Positions 9,754-20,059 of a stretch of DNA of 64,000 nt are shown here, piece after piece. Each line of letters opens with the position of its first letter. Within the stretch, counting starts at the first letter, position 1. The notes beneath the pieces are model-generated. The model saw nothing but the letters and a program-made list of their open reading frames with translations. It had not been told where the DNA came from and did no database searches. The translations under genes and the position numbers were made by a program. The stretch comes from a virus, in IMG/VR virus record IMGVR_UViG_3300042371_001161, positions 55,749 through 119,748 of that record; one strand, given 5' to 3'.

Positions 9754-11496
9754 ATGAAATACGACGAAAAAGTTACGCTAAGCATTGACGGTGGCGGCAA
9801 TGTTCTTAAGTGCGCAAAAGGCGCTGTCGCAGATTGCGGCTTCGTCAAGGGCGCAGAACTATGTGCCAAGTGCGGAGCTATGCCCGTAGAAATGAAGATG
9901 GTGCCCGCTGTTGCTGAACCAGAAGCAGACGAGGAGATGGATGAGGAAGAGTTGTTGAATCCCACCTCTGCTTCCGTCAAGAAAAAAGGCAATAATAAAA
10001 AGCCTGGACATGCACTTCTTGAGATGGCCGACGAAGGTGACGAACCAGACATGACGGAGGAAGAAATGGCCGCCGTTATGCCGAAGAAGAAGGGCATGGT
10101 CGCGCCCATGGAGCTCGAGGAAGAAGAAGTCGAAGAAGACGAAAAGATGATGCATGCAATGCCTAAGAAGAAAAAAGGCATGGGCATGGCCGTCCCAGCA
10201 ATGGATGACGAAGAAGACGTCATGGAAGAAGACGAAGAAGACGAAGAAGACGAAGAATACAAGCAGATGATGCGAATGCGTCGCGCCGGCCGAAAGAACA
10301 TGGAAGGCGCTATGCCAGTCATGGATGGCGAAGAAGACGACGAGGAGCTCGAGGAAGAAGAAGTCGAAGAAGAGCTCGAAGAGGACGAAGAAGTAAAGAT
10401 GAATGGTCGTCGACACGTCAAGGGTCGCCGAAAGGGCATGGAAGGCGCCATGCCAGATATGGATGCCGAAGAAGAAGACGAAGAGCTCGAAGAAGACGAA
10501 GATGAAGAAGAGGAAGATGAAGAGTACGCAGAAATGGGTGCCAAGTCTTTCTCCCCGCTTCATACTGAGTGGGAAGAGATTCGTCGCGCTCGTATTGGGT
10601 CCATGGGACTGAAGGTCGCTGATATTGGTGCGACAGGCTATGTGTGCGCTATTGAGCGCAAGGCCTATGGTGGCTCTTCGCCAGTTTGCGATGACTGCCC
10701 AGGAGGTTGCGTTGCCGAAAAAGGCATGCCAGGGATTCTTCATGTTGAAGGTCTCGCTGAGAAAATGTTTGATGGCGTAGTCGTTGATTCTGGTTATTCG
10801 CCAGATGCCGATATGTTCGTTGTGGATGTACAGGTAAAAGATGGTTCCGTAAACGAAGTTTTTGTCGATGGTACCTCTGCGGAAATTCTTGGTTTCCACA
10901 AACTTGACATGACGGAATTCGATAAGAAATCAGACATCGGTAGTTTCAGACTAATTGACTTTACGGAAGCTGCTGAAATTGCTGTCAAATCAATTGATGG
11001 AACAGTAGTAGCGATTGAGCCCGATATATTTGAGGGCTTTGATTCGTATGCCGTTGAAATAGAAGGCTTTGATGGCAAGTCATATGACGTATTCGTGGCA
11101 TTGGATGGAGAAGTCCTCGGCTACGACAAGTATGAATCCGACGAGATTGAAGGAATTGAAGCCGAAGCGGCAGAAATTGCGATGAAAAATGCGTTCTCGG
11201 AAGAGAGGCGCATGGACTTGGCAAAAGATGGCATGGCCATGGAAGACGGGTCTTACCCAATTGTCTCTGAAGGCGATTTGCGTAATGCAATTCAAGCATT
11301 TGGTCGAGCAAAAGACAAAGAGGCAACCAAGAAGCACATTATGAAACGTGCTCGCGCCCTCAAGTTAGAGAGCTTGATTCCAGCAAACTGGATAGCCGGT
11401 GGAGAAGAAAAAAGCAGCAGTAATTTAAGTGACGCAGAATTCATGGCGTCTCTTGTCGAGTTTCAGCTGCTCGAAGACTCCGTAGACGACAACTAA
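9754..11496 (+). CDS. Acidic head-associated or scaffold-like protein with Cys clusters, two PepSY-like repeats and a DUF6582-like C-terminal domain
   Basis: RBS GGGAG; Glu/Asp/Met-rich low-complexity middle; two repeats of the pattern F.G.VV....D.F...D.Y.VE...DG...V.VD; C-terminal DGSYPI...DLRNAIQAFGRAKD...HIMKRARAL. Confidence 0.7.
   Translation: MKYDEKVTLSIDGGGNVLKCAKGAVADCGFVKGAELCAKCGAMPVEMKMVPAVAEPEADEEMDEEELLNPTSASVKKKGNNKKPGHALLEMADEGDEPDMTEEEMAAVMPKKKGMVAPMELEEEEVEEDEKMMHAMPKKKKGMGMAVPAMDDEEDVMEEDEEDEEDEEYKQMMRMRRAGRKNMEGAMPVMDGEEDDEELEEEEVEEELEEDEEVKMNGRRHVKGRRKGMEGAMPDMDAEEEDEELEEDEDEEEEDEEYAEMGAKSFSPLHTEWEEIRRARIGSMGLKVADIGATGYVCAIERKAYGGSSPVCDDCPGGCVAEKGMPGILHVEGLAEKMFDGVVVDSGYSPDADMFVVDVQVKDGSVNEVFVDGTSAEILGFHKLDMTEFDKKSDIGSFRLIDFTEAAEIAVKSIDGTVVAIEPDIFEGFDSYAVEIEGFDGKSYDVFVALDGEVLGYDKYESDEIEGIEAEAAEIAMKNAFSEERRMDLAKDGMAMEDGSYPIVSEGDLRNAIQAFGRAKDKEATKKHIMKRARALKLESLIPANWIAGGEEKSSSNLSDAEFMASLVEFQLLEDSVDDN
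10050..10540 (+). repeat. Imperfect coding repeats (GAA GAC GAA; MPKKKGM / MEGAMP units)
   Basis: gagctcgaggaagaagaagtcgaagaa occurs twice (about 10111 and 10345); atggaaggcgcYatgcca occurs twice (about 10300 and 10438). Confidence 0.75.
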
Positions 11497-11509
11497 GAGG
11501 GGGCGCCAC

Positions 11510-14500
11510 GTGGCGAATACCCCAGCAATGCGGGAAAGAGTAATAGTTTCAGCACAACTCATGGTGCCGTCTTCGTGCTGCGGCGACTTCAATGAAAAGG
11601 CAGTTCTTTTCAGGCAGTCGATTAACTCGTCTCTGTCAACTGGAAAACTTCAGGCCGAGCTTGTCACAAAAACTATTACAGAAGGTTTTGGCATACGCGT
11701 AAAAGCCGATGTCGATACCGACGGGAAAAAACGAGAATTCACCGGAGACAGTCGACCTGGTGTCGAATCCAATGAATTTGGATATAGATGGGAAACGGGA
11801 GGAAAGTGGGAACCCGGTTCGAGGCTTGTCTTGAGCCCTCCTTTTCAATCTCGCGAGGGAATGGGCACAGAGCCCAACTTTGGCTGGTTGCCGCCGGAAG
11901 ATAAGTCAACGACAACATTTGAAGAAATGCTTCGGGCCTATAGGGAAAAGCCAAAAATAAAGTTAAGCAAATACAAGGTAAATCCAAGGACAGATGAGGT
12001 CATACCTGATTCCGAAAAAATCATTGACCCATTCGGAATAGCGGCAGGGCTTAGCTATGAAGAAAAACAGCAAGCCTTACGTAAAAATGAAAAAAACACC
12101 CTAGAAGAAAAAAGATTACCGGGTCGCAGTCTTGAATCCAGAGTTCCAGGAGGCTCGCTCCTTTCGCGAGCTGCAGCCGTGTTTGGCATCCTTCGTGACG
12201 AAAACAATAAATTTAGATGTCCTCCAGGAACGCCTGCAGCAAATCAATTTACAGACGCCACTGGAGCAAACTGTTTTGGATTCAGTGCATCGAAATTCTC
12301 TCGCTTTGCAGCGCGACAGGCAGCCAAGCTCACTGCCCAAGGTGAATATACGGGATTGCGCCAAAACGCCGCAGACTTCTTCAGATGGATACATGGCCCC
12401 AGGTCGAAAAGAGACCCTGCTCTTGCGGAAAAGTGCGCCTACTGGGGAATCAAAATACCGGAATGGCGAGACATCGCCGTCCCAGAGAATTTACGTTTAT
12501 TTAAAAACGGAGCCATTCGTGGTCAGGATGATATTGCTCGTCAAAAAGCCGAAGTTGTGCGCATGTACGACGCATTGGGGATTGACGCCGACGACCCAGA
12601 TGCTCCGGTTAAGGCGCTTAAAAAACTAAAAGAAATGCATTCGCAAACAGGCGGCACTGCTGGCTGGGATGTGCAAGTTCTTGATGTTTCCGGAAAAGGG
12701 GACGAGCTATTAACAGATGTAGAAATAAAAGAATTTGTAAAAACAAGACTCTCATCTACTCCTGGCTGGAACAGGCTCTCTAGTAAAGAACAAGAAAGAC
12801 TATTGAAGTCTGATTTTGAGCGATACAAGACCACTCAACGAGCAATGCTTGAAACCTTACTTGACCAATTCATGACAGACCCAGGCAGCATGCGTGGGGT
12901 TGGTCGAATTGAATTCAACTTCATGACAGATGATGAAGCTGGTACGTCCTTCTATAGAACGCAAAATGGGATGAAAACGGCAATACACATCAATATGGGG
13001 ATGATTAGTGCCAATCAAGAAACCATGCTTCCGAACATGGGCGGAGACGAGCGTTTAGCAATATCTGCTATTGGTGCTAGAAGCGAAGCAGAAGGACGAC
13101 TTGCGGTTGCTGATTTCATGGTAAATGCAGACCATACGGCCAGAGGCATGGCCGGCCTCCTTGATGGCGTGTATGGATTTTCAAGTCATATCATGCTCCA
13201 TGAAATAGCTCACCACAAACAATCTCAAGTATTCCTGGACAAAATACAGAAAGAAATTACAGAAAAAGGTTTCATTTCCGTTGCGGTCAGAAATAAAAAA
13301 GGAGCTGTTGTTGGCGAGCGTGAAGTTAAGAACATCAATAGCCTGACAGGCTCCGACCTTATGTCAATAATGACTGGCATTGCTGACTCAATCAATATTG
13401 AATCGCTAAATGACGCAATGACCAGAATCCAGGCAATTGCTCCATTGGCTGGGGCATACCCGCGTGATGGATACGCTGTAGGTTCGGAAGTATGGGCGCT
13501 GGAAGCATCTGCCGAGATTTGGGCACTACGCGAACGCGGAATTATCTTTGGCGACGATGTTGACGCTGCTCTTGAGTGGATGGACAACATGTCCTTCTCT
13601 GTGGCGGCAAGAGACCGAACGGCAAGTGATGACACAGATGGTCAGAGAAAATTAGATGACGTATTTGATATTCCCGCGGACCCCGTTGACCCAGGTTCAG
13701 TATCAGATGAAGACATCGACGCGCGAGCTACCGCCGCAATCCGTGAAGAACTTAAGCGATTCAAAACAGAGTTCTCCAAATTTTCAGAAGAAGAAATGTT
13801 TGAAGAGGCAGCAATCATTGGCTCTCAGCGTGACGCCAGTGCCAGACGGCTGGAATTATTAGAGGTAGAAGAGATAGAAGACCCCTTTTTCCCGCTTACC
13901 ACATCAGGAAAAATCGTTCGAGACATACTCAAGGCTGATGCAGTGCGGGAAGCCAAGAGAGAATTTGATTTTCACGCAAAACGATACGACGAGGCGTCAA
14001 AAATTTGGCGCAAGAAGTACGGTATAGGCGCTAGTGGTGAAAGAAAAAGATTTGATGATGAGGTCTACTCGATACGTAAGCGAGAAGGTCTGCTTGATTC
14101 AAAAGAAATGGCCGATATTGCTCGCAGGGCCGACCTCGATGATTTGCGCGACAGAGTTAAATCAATGCCCGAAAAGAAAACTATCAGCCTCTTGGTTGAC
14201 GACAAGGTAAGACTCTCGAAACTCGACTCTTCGTCTGATGAATTTAAGAAATTGGCCGACGAGATTGAGGTCATTAGAGAACAGTACGTAGAAAATATGA
14301 AGTCCGCAGGAGATACGCGGACTAAAGCACAAATCAAAAAAGAACTTGATAAAAAAGTCAATGACATCATAAATCCACCATCGAAGCCTAAGAAGAAATT
14401 CAAGAGCGCTGATGAAGCTCGAAAGCACGGCGCAAAAGAGCGCGCCCGAGTAAAAGCAACGCCCGAACAAAAAAAGGCTATGAAGGAGCTTGGAGATGTA

Positions 14501-17500
14501 GCGGAATCAGATGTAGGGATGCTTCTTGACCCGGTTTCGCAAACAAGAGCCGGCCGAGCAATAAATAAGCGCAACGCACGCCTCAAAAAGCTCGGCTTAA
14601 AGGTAGATAAAACATCTTCTGAAGAAGGAGATGTCGTTCAGCAGGTAGAAAATCTACTCATACCGACGATGGAGGCAATCGATGGGACGTCGGTAGGCGA
14701 ACCATTTGAGATGGAAGCAATAATTGACTTTGAATCTGGTGTTTTGAAGGGGAAAATAGATGGCAAAGAAGTCAGCCTGGACCAGTTCATTTCCGGAAGA
14801 GTCATAACAAGTAGGACTAAAAAAACAGATATGCCGGAACGCGGAAAGCGTGACCCCAAGTCCGGAAAAACCAAGCGGCGAGTTATTCTTTCCGTGCGTG
14901 AAAAAGACCGCGGACTATTCCCAACTACGGGAGGGGATTCGGAGCAGAAATTTGTTGCTCCGCCGGGGAGAATAAGAATAATTGGCAGAGATGCTGACGG
15001 AACTATCCGTGCAGAAATTTCATATCAAAAAGATACTGTAGAAGTCGTCGACTCATTGGCGGAAAATCTCTCCAAGAACACGACAGACGCAATCTGGGCT
15101 AGAAGTCATGGCAAAAAAATTCAAGCCATGGCGGACAAGTACGTGACCAAGCGACGCTCATCTGGGAAAGCAGGCCCTGGACCACGAAGTGATTCTGACG
15201 AGTCTGCCAGCACCCGAAGTAAGGCGACTTTAGATAAGGTTACTGATGCTGGCGGCTCATTTGCCGATTACGACAATCCAGACAGCGGCTCAGGGGCCCT
15301 CTCTTCTGGAGCCACCACGCCCGATGGAGTACTAGGGAAGCCATCTACGCGTCAGCAAAGAACAGAGTCACGTACGGCGGCAAACTCCTCAATTATCAGA
15401 AACATAAAAGACGTACTAGGCGGTGGCGGGAAAGATGGAGCCATATCTCGTGGGGATATTCATCCAGAGGTGGCGAAATTTATAGCCGACACTCCGGAAG
15501 AAGAAATCATAGCCAAGGCAGCTGAAACCGCCTACAGAATGCATGAGGGTTTTGATAGAAGAGTTCGCGTTAGGGCAACAGATTCGGACATAGATAAACT
15601 TGCATCAGGCGCTGGTGTGCGCTCCCCGTTTTCCGTGCCATCAGCGGATGGTTCTCGCCCAACAAGAAGAGCGCAGAGACTTGCACAAATGGGACCAGAA
15701 GAACGTTCCGAAAGACTTTCTTCAGGCAGAACGATAGATACAAGCGGAAGCCTGGCCGAACGTAGGCGTCAAGAGGGGGAAGTCGCAAAAAAGGCTTTGG
15801 AAGTTTTCAATGATGTTGTCGATAGCGGCACAAATATTAACGACATGTCCGATGATGAGATATCTAAAAAGTTCGGTGGAGCGGTAAGGCGTTCTGGCAG
15901 GCGTTCGATTAGCGAGAAGGACTCGAATCTATACGAAGTCGACGACGTTCATACAGCCGTAGCAATGATGATGCTTGGACACCACGTCGAAGTTAAAGAA
16001 CAAGACATACGCCTAACCGAACAAGCACAGAAAGCCTTTGAAAAAGAAGTTAAAACAGTTGCAAAAAATCACATAAAAGACAATCATCCAAAATGGCGCT
16101 CATTCCAGGAAGACTATGCAAAGAGAAATCCTGATGCGGACCTAAATGACCCCAAGACGCGCGAATCCATGGAGGGTGAATACATCGGCAATTATCAGGC
16201 GGACCTATGTTCCCTATACAACCCGGCGAATAACCTTATGTGTTCAGGGCATATCGGTATTGACAGAGAAAAAATGCCTCAAACAAATGGGCGGTCATCT
16301 GGCCACAAGACCAAAGCAATTCGAGCACTAAAAAATGGGATTGCAGCAGGTAAATGGGAACCATCAAAGGACGAGAACGGCGACCCGCTCGTGTCTAGAG
16401 ATAGGGGACTTGAAATAGAGTTTGCAGACGAACTAGACAAAGCAATAAAAAAACAAAACGCTAAACGCGCAGAAAAAGGAAAGCCTCCCGTATCTGATGA
16501 GGAAATATCTGGAATCCTGTACGGAATCATCGCCGACAAGCACTCATTAAAGAACGAAATGGGCGGGAAGACGGCAGCGGAGCACAGGGCAGATTCTTTT
16601 TCTACACTTTCAGATAGAGCGAAAGAGTGGCTTTATGAAAATACTGACTGGAATGATACCGAGGTAAACCTTGAAACACCATTTATTGATTGGCTTAACG
16701 GACTAATCAAGGTTGATGACCCAGAAAATGGTCCTGCAGTTAGACGTCGTGATGTGGACCCAAGTGAGTATGCCCCTTCTCAGCAACAAATAGTAGCTAG
16801 CAAGGCAGATGGAACCGCTCAAACGGTTCAAGAAAAAGCAATTGAAGTAGCAGAAAAAATAAGAAAAGATAACCCTAAGATATCTGACAAAGATTTTAGA
16901 GATAAATATTTAGAAGAAATGCGAAAAGAATGGTTCATGCAACCAATTCTCACAACAAAAGATTCATATATTCTCGATGGACATCATAGATGGGCTGGAA
17001 TAGTCGTCGCGAATAGGTCATTATCAGAAGAGCTTCAACTGCCACTCTCAGCAAACGAAGTACAAACAGACATTATTGAAGGACTGACCCTGGGTAAGGT
17101 TTTCCAAGATGCATTTGGAATCAAGGAAGCTCGCTTGGGAGCGGAAAATCGATGGGAAGTTGGCGAAATTGAAGATATGAGCGCTGATGAGTTTTCTGAT
17201 ATCGCCAAGGACTTAACGGATAACGCCCCAAGCTTAATCGACGCAAAATATGAACAAGGGGATTACATCCAACTTGGCTCAGTGGGTCTCACAAACAATC
17301 CAGATTATGCAGCAAGGTCCAAGGAAAGGCAAGCTACTGCCGCTCGAGATGAAACTAGAAAAATAGCCAGCGATGTTGTTGCAAAAGTCCGTAAGCGCGG
17401 CAAACCTCTTCACGAATACACTCCAGAGGAGCTAAAAGAAGATTTTGGTGACTCAATAAAGCCAAGCGACCTAAAGCCTTTGTTCACTAGCGCGGACCCC

Positions 17501-20059
17501 AAGGACATGGCTGTTTACAAAGTAGACAATGTCGGACAGGCAATAGCGTTAATGGCCCTCGGTCATCACGTCAGTCTGGAATACTCCTCCGATGAAGCGA
17601 TTGCTAAAAAACAAAAAGAATCTTTAAGTTTTGCAAAGACACTCCAGGAAGAATTTTTCAAAGATATCAAAAAAATGGGTCAAGACGTTATTGCAAATAA
17701 CGAAAAAGAATGGCTTGATTTCAAAACAAAGGAAGAAGCTGCGATTACTAGTAGTGGCGGAGACCCTGCCGCCTTTGAGGAAGTAATTAAAAAGAATTTC
17801 TTGAAAAAATTTGCCGACCAATACAAAACGAATCTTTGCAATTTCTACGATGGAGACGAAAACGTTTTCTGTGGAAACAACCTAGGTATCCCACGGGCAA
17901 AAATGCCACAGGCCGGCGGGCGCTTGGTTGGAGCGAATACTCGCGGAGCAGAGCTTGGTCTTGCTGGAGAGATTCCTCTCAAAAAAGTAACACACAAACA
18001 TATGGACCCTTATGGCATAAAGAAATGGGAGGGCGAAGATAGATTTCAAGAAATTATGGCTAGGGTCAAGAAAGGCCCAGAATCTGCTTCTGCAATATCG
18101 GATGAAGATAGACAGTTCGTCATGGATAATCTTGATTGGGACGTTACTGAAATTGACGGAACGGGGATGATTAAAGAAATAATAAGAGGAAAACTGGGTG
18201 ACGATGCAATAAAAGAAAATATTGCCGTCGACCCGTCCCAATACACCCCATCCCAACAGGAGTTGGATGCCGTGCAAACTGACGGAATGCACGAATCACT
18301 AAAGGCTGCCGTCGAGCACTATACCAAAACGCTTACGGAAGACGGCAAATATAAGAGGGGTACGAAAGAGTTTACCGATGCCTTAGTTCAAGCCCTAAAA
18401 GATGACGACGACACTGCAGCCAAGGCCTCTGGAAGACAGTTCGGTGCTCAAGGCATGATGGACCCTATTTTGGCAACCTCGGACAAATACCTGCTCGACG
18501 GACATCATAGATGGAGTGCTATTACCGTTTACAACGGAGAAGTAGACGACGACCAGAAAGTCCCCCTGCATGTTGACGAAGTTCAGACAGACATAGTAAG
18601 CGGTCTTACTTTAACAAAAGTACTTCAAAGAGGATTGGGACTTAAGGACGCAAAACTAACTGGAGCCGTTGATTTTGAAGAAGGCGACGTTAAGAAAGTT
18701 GAAATTGGGGAAAGAGCCAGAGTGCTAAAGGAAATCAATGACAGTATGGATTTGCTTGCGGCCGACATTTATGCTGAAGGCGATTTCATTGAAATAGATT
18801 CAGTTGGCATGAGAAACAATCCTCAATACGCAGAAGAGATTCTGACGCGACAGCAAGATGCGCTGTCGAGGCCTGCTAAGCGAACGGCGAATGCGAGCCA
18901 ATCTGCAGGTTCGCCAGATGCCGATACAGCCGACACTCTTTCGAGTGGCAGAACAAGCGTTGGTGACAGGGCGAGACTTCGCTCCTCAACGGGCGGTGTC
19001 GGCGTGTCTTCCAGTCGCGAGTCAGAAGTCGAACCTGGAAGCACTGTTGGACTGTCCTCGGAAAACTACGCACGCGAATACTATTCACGCATCGGTATCC
19101 CGGATTCCGTAGACGGAGATTTGCTTCCAGTAAGCGGATATCTCGTACATAAGTCCCACATGGACAAAAAGAAACAAGACGTAACGAAGGGTCGTTCTGG
19201 AAATCTAAGACCAGATGCTGTTTTTGAGATTGGCGACGAAGATGTCGTTGGAGATGGATTGACTGCCCTTGGCGATATTGAGATAGTTTTGCGGCCCGGT
19301 GTCTCAGAAAGAACCGCTTATGGACGTGGAAACTCAATTAGTTCTGCCCATAGGCCCGTGAGATTAAACTCAAGAAATCGCGAAGATGTGGCGGACGCAT
19401 TACTCAACTCCGACGGAGTCAGCGCTGACAGTAACCGACAAGATGCGTTCATCAACATGATTTCAGCATCGTTAAATAACGATTTCTCAAATGTCAATGC
19501 CACACGCGGCAAAAACGGCAAAATGCCAAACTCATTTGAATCCAAACTCCCCGAGGGCTCTTCTCGTGAGCCTTTCGAGGCGCAAATACTTGGTGGATTC
19601 GACATTTCTGACGTAGAGCAAATAAATATACCTTTCAAAAGACTTGAAGCAGCTTCTGCAAAAGAGGACATCAGCGATGTAGTCAATACTAAAACAATCG
19701 CAGACAGACTACGTTCTGCCGGATTTTCCCCCGAAGAAATTGATTACTTCTACTCCATTGGTGGAGGTCAACTTAACACGGAGAGCATGGCCATGTTAAG
19801 AAATTACAGAGCTTCACAAAAGATGAAAAATGATTTAGCTGGTCGCGGGTTCAATAATGTCAAATTTGCCCACCCAACCGGATTCAATATTGAAGACCCA
19901 CGCTCTCACTCAAAAAGCCCTATTGGCGGAGACTCAGCCGAAGCCACACTCATTAGAGCAATAAGCGATGAAATTATAAAAGCGGCAAAAGAATTGTTAA
20001 ATGACATGAAAAAAACAAACAAGCCCACCCTCACTACGACAGCAGGGGGCTTGATGTGA
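11510..20059 (+). CDS. 2,849-aa polyvalent protein: RCPPG Cys motif, zincin, ART-like domain, two tandem ParB/Srx-like modules, DUF3626-like C-terminus
   Basis: GTG start with RBS AAGAGGGGG; HEIAH...EASAEIW zincin; DGHHRW twice (about 16976 and 18497); C-terminal GDIEIVLRP...FEAQILGG. Confidence 0.85.
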   Translation: MANTPAMRERVIVSAQLMVPSSCCGDFNEKAVLFRQSINSSLSTGKLQAELVTKTITEGFGIRVKADVDTDGKKREFTGDSRPGVESNEFGYRWETGGKWEPGSRLVLSPPFQSREGMGTEPNFGWLPPEDKSTTTFEEMLRAYREKPKIKLSKYKVNPRTDEVIPDSEKIIDPFGIAAGLSYEEKQQALRKNEKNTLEEKRLPGRSLESRVPGGSLLSRAAAVFGILRDENNKFRCPPGTPAANQFTDATGANCFGFSASKFSRFAARQAAKLTAQGEYTGLRQNAADFFRWIHGPRSKRDPALAEKCAYWGIKIPEWRDIAVPENLRLFKNGAIRGQDDIARQKAEVVRMYDALGIDADDPDAPVKALKKLKEMHSQTGGTAGWDVQVLDVSGKGDELLTDVEIKEFVKTRLSSTPGWNRLSSKEQERLLKSDFERYKTTQRAMLETLLDQFMTDPGSMRGVGRIEFNFMTDDEAGTSFYRTQNGMKTAIHINMGMISANQETMLPNMGGDERLAISAIGARSEAEGRLAVADFMVNADHTARGMAGLLDGVYGFSSHIMLHEIAHHKQSQVFLDKIQKEITEKGFISVAVRNKKGAVVGEREVKNINSLTGSDLMSIMTGIADSINIESLNDAMTRIQAIAPLAGAYPRDGYAVGSEVWALEASAEIWALRERGIIFGDDVDAALEWMDNMSFSVAARDRTASDDTDGQRKLDDVFDIPADPVDPGSVSDEDIDARATAAIREELKRFKTEFSKFSEEEMFEEAAIIGSQRDASARRLELLEVEEIEDPFFPLTTSGKIVRDILKADAVREAKREFDFHAKRYDEASKIWRKKYGIGASGERKRFDDEVYSIRKREGLLDSKEMADIARRADLDDLRDRVKSMPEKKTISLLVDDKVRLSKLDSSSDEFKKLADEIEVIREQYVENMKSAGDTRTKAQIKKELDKKVNDIINPPSKPKKKFKSADEARKHGAKERARVKATPEQKKAMKELGDVAESDVGMLLDPVSQTRAGRAINKRNARLKKLGLKVDKTSSEEGDVVQQVENLLIPTMEAIDGTSVGEPFEMEAIIDFESGVLKGKIDGKEVSLDQFISGRVITSRTKKTDMPERGKRDPKSGKTKRRVILSVREKDRGLFPTTGGDSEQKFVAPPGRIRIIGRDADGTIRAEISYQKDTVEVVDSLAENLSKNTTDAIWARSHGKKIQAMADKYVTKRRSSGKAGPGPRSDSDESASTRSKATLDKVTDAGGSFADYDNPDSGSGALSSGATTPDGVLGKPSTRQQRTESRTAANSSIIRNIKDVLGGGGKDGAISRGDIHPEVAKFIADTPEEEIIAKAAETAYRMHEGFDRRVRVRATDSDIDKLASGAGVRSPFSVPSADGSRPTRRAQRLAQMGPEERSERLSSGRTIDTSGSLAERRRQEGEVAKKALEVFNDVVDSGTNINDMSDDEISKKFGGAVRRSGRRSISEKDSNLYEVDDVHTAVAMMMLGHHVEVKEQDIRLTEQAQKAFEKEVKTVAKNHIKDNHPKWRSFQEDYAKRNPDADLNDPKTRESMEGEYIGNYQADLCSLYNPANNLMCSGHIGIDREKMPQTNGRSSGHKTKAIRALKNGIAAGKWEPSKDENGDPLVSRDRGLEIEFADELDKAIKKQNAKRAEKGKPPVSDEEISGILYGIIADKHSLKNEMGGKTAAEHRADSFSTLSDRAKEWLYENTDWNDTEVNLETPFIDWLNGLIKVDDPENGPAVRRRDVDPSEYAPSQQQIVASKADGTAQTVQEKAIEVAEKIRKDNPKISDKDFRDKYLEEMRKEWFMQPILTTKDSYILDGHHRWAGIVVANRSLSEELQLPLSANEVQTDIIEGLTLGKVFQDAFGIKEARLGAENRWEVGEIEDMSADEFSDIAKDLTDNAPSLIDAKYEQGDYIQLGSVGLTNNPDYAARSKERQATAARDETRKIASDVVAKVRKRGKPLHEYTPEELKEDFGDSIKPSDLKPLFTSADPKDMAVYKVDNVGQAIALMALGHHVSLEYSSDEAIAKKQKESLSFAKTLQEEFFKDIKKMGQDVIANNEKEWLDFKTKEEAAITSSGGDPAAFEEVIKKNFLKKFADQYKTNLCNFYDGDENVFCGNNLGIPRAKMPQAGGRLVGANTRGAELGLAGEIPLKKVTHKHMDPYGIKKWEGEDRFQEIMARVKKGPESASAISDEDRQFVMDNLDWDVTEIDGTGMIKEIIRGKLGDDAIKENIAVDPSQYTPSQQELDAVQTDGMHESLKAAVEHYTKTLTEDGKYKRGTKEFTDALVQALKDDDDTAAKASGRQFGAQGMMDPILATSDKYLLDGHHRWSAITVYNGEVDDDQKVPLHVDEVQTDIVSGLTLTKVLQRGLGLKDAKLTGAVDFEEGDVKKVEIGERARVLKEINDSMDLLAADIYAEGDFIEIDSVGMRNNPQYAEEILTRQQDALSRPAKRTANASQSAGSPDADTADTLSSGRTSVGDRARLRSSTGGVGVSSSRESEVEPGSTVGLSSENYAREYYSRIGIPDSVDGDLLPVSGYLVHKSHMDKKKQDVTKGRSGNLRPDAVFEIGDEDVVGDGLTALGDIEIVLRPGVSERTAYGRGNSISSAHRPVRLNSRNREDVADALLNSDGVSADSNRQDAFINMISASLNNDFSNVNATRGKNGKMPNSFESKLPEGSSREPFEAQILGGFDISDVEQINIPFKRLEAASAKEDISDVVNTKTIADRLRSAGFSPEEIDYFYSIGGGQLNTESMAMLRNYRASQKMKNDLAGRGFNNVKFAHPTGFNIEDPRSHSKSPIGGDSAEATLIRAISDEIIKAAKELLNDMKKTNKPTLTTTAGGLM

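Noticed and set aside
9711-10544. 277-aa minus-strand poly-Ser ORF (and 9859-10899)
   Set aside because: Antisense shadow of the GAA/GAC-rich acidic repeat in the plus-strand 580-aa gene.
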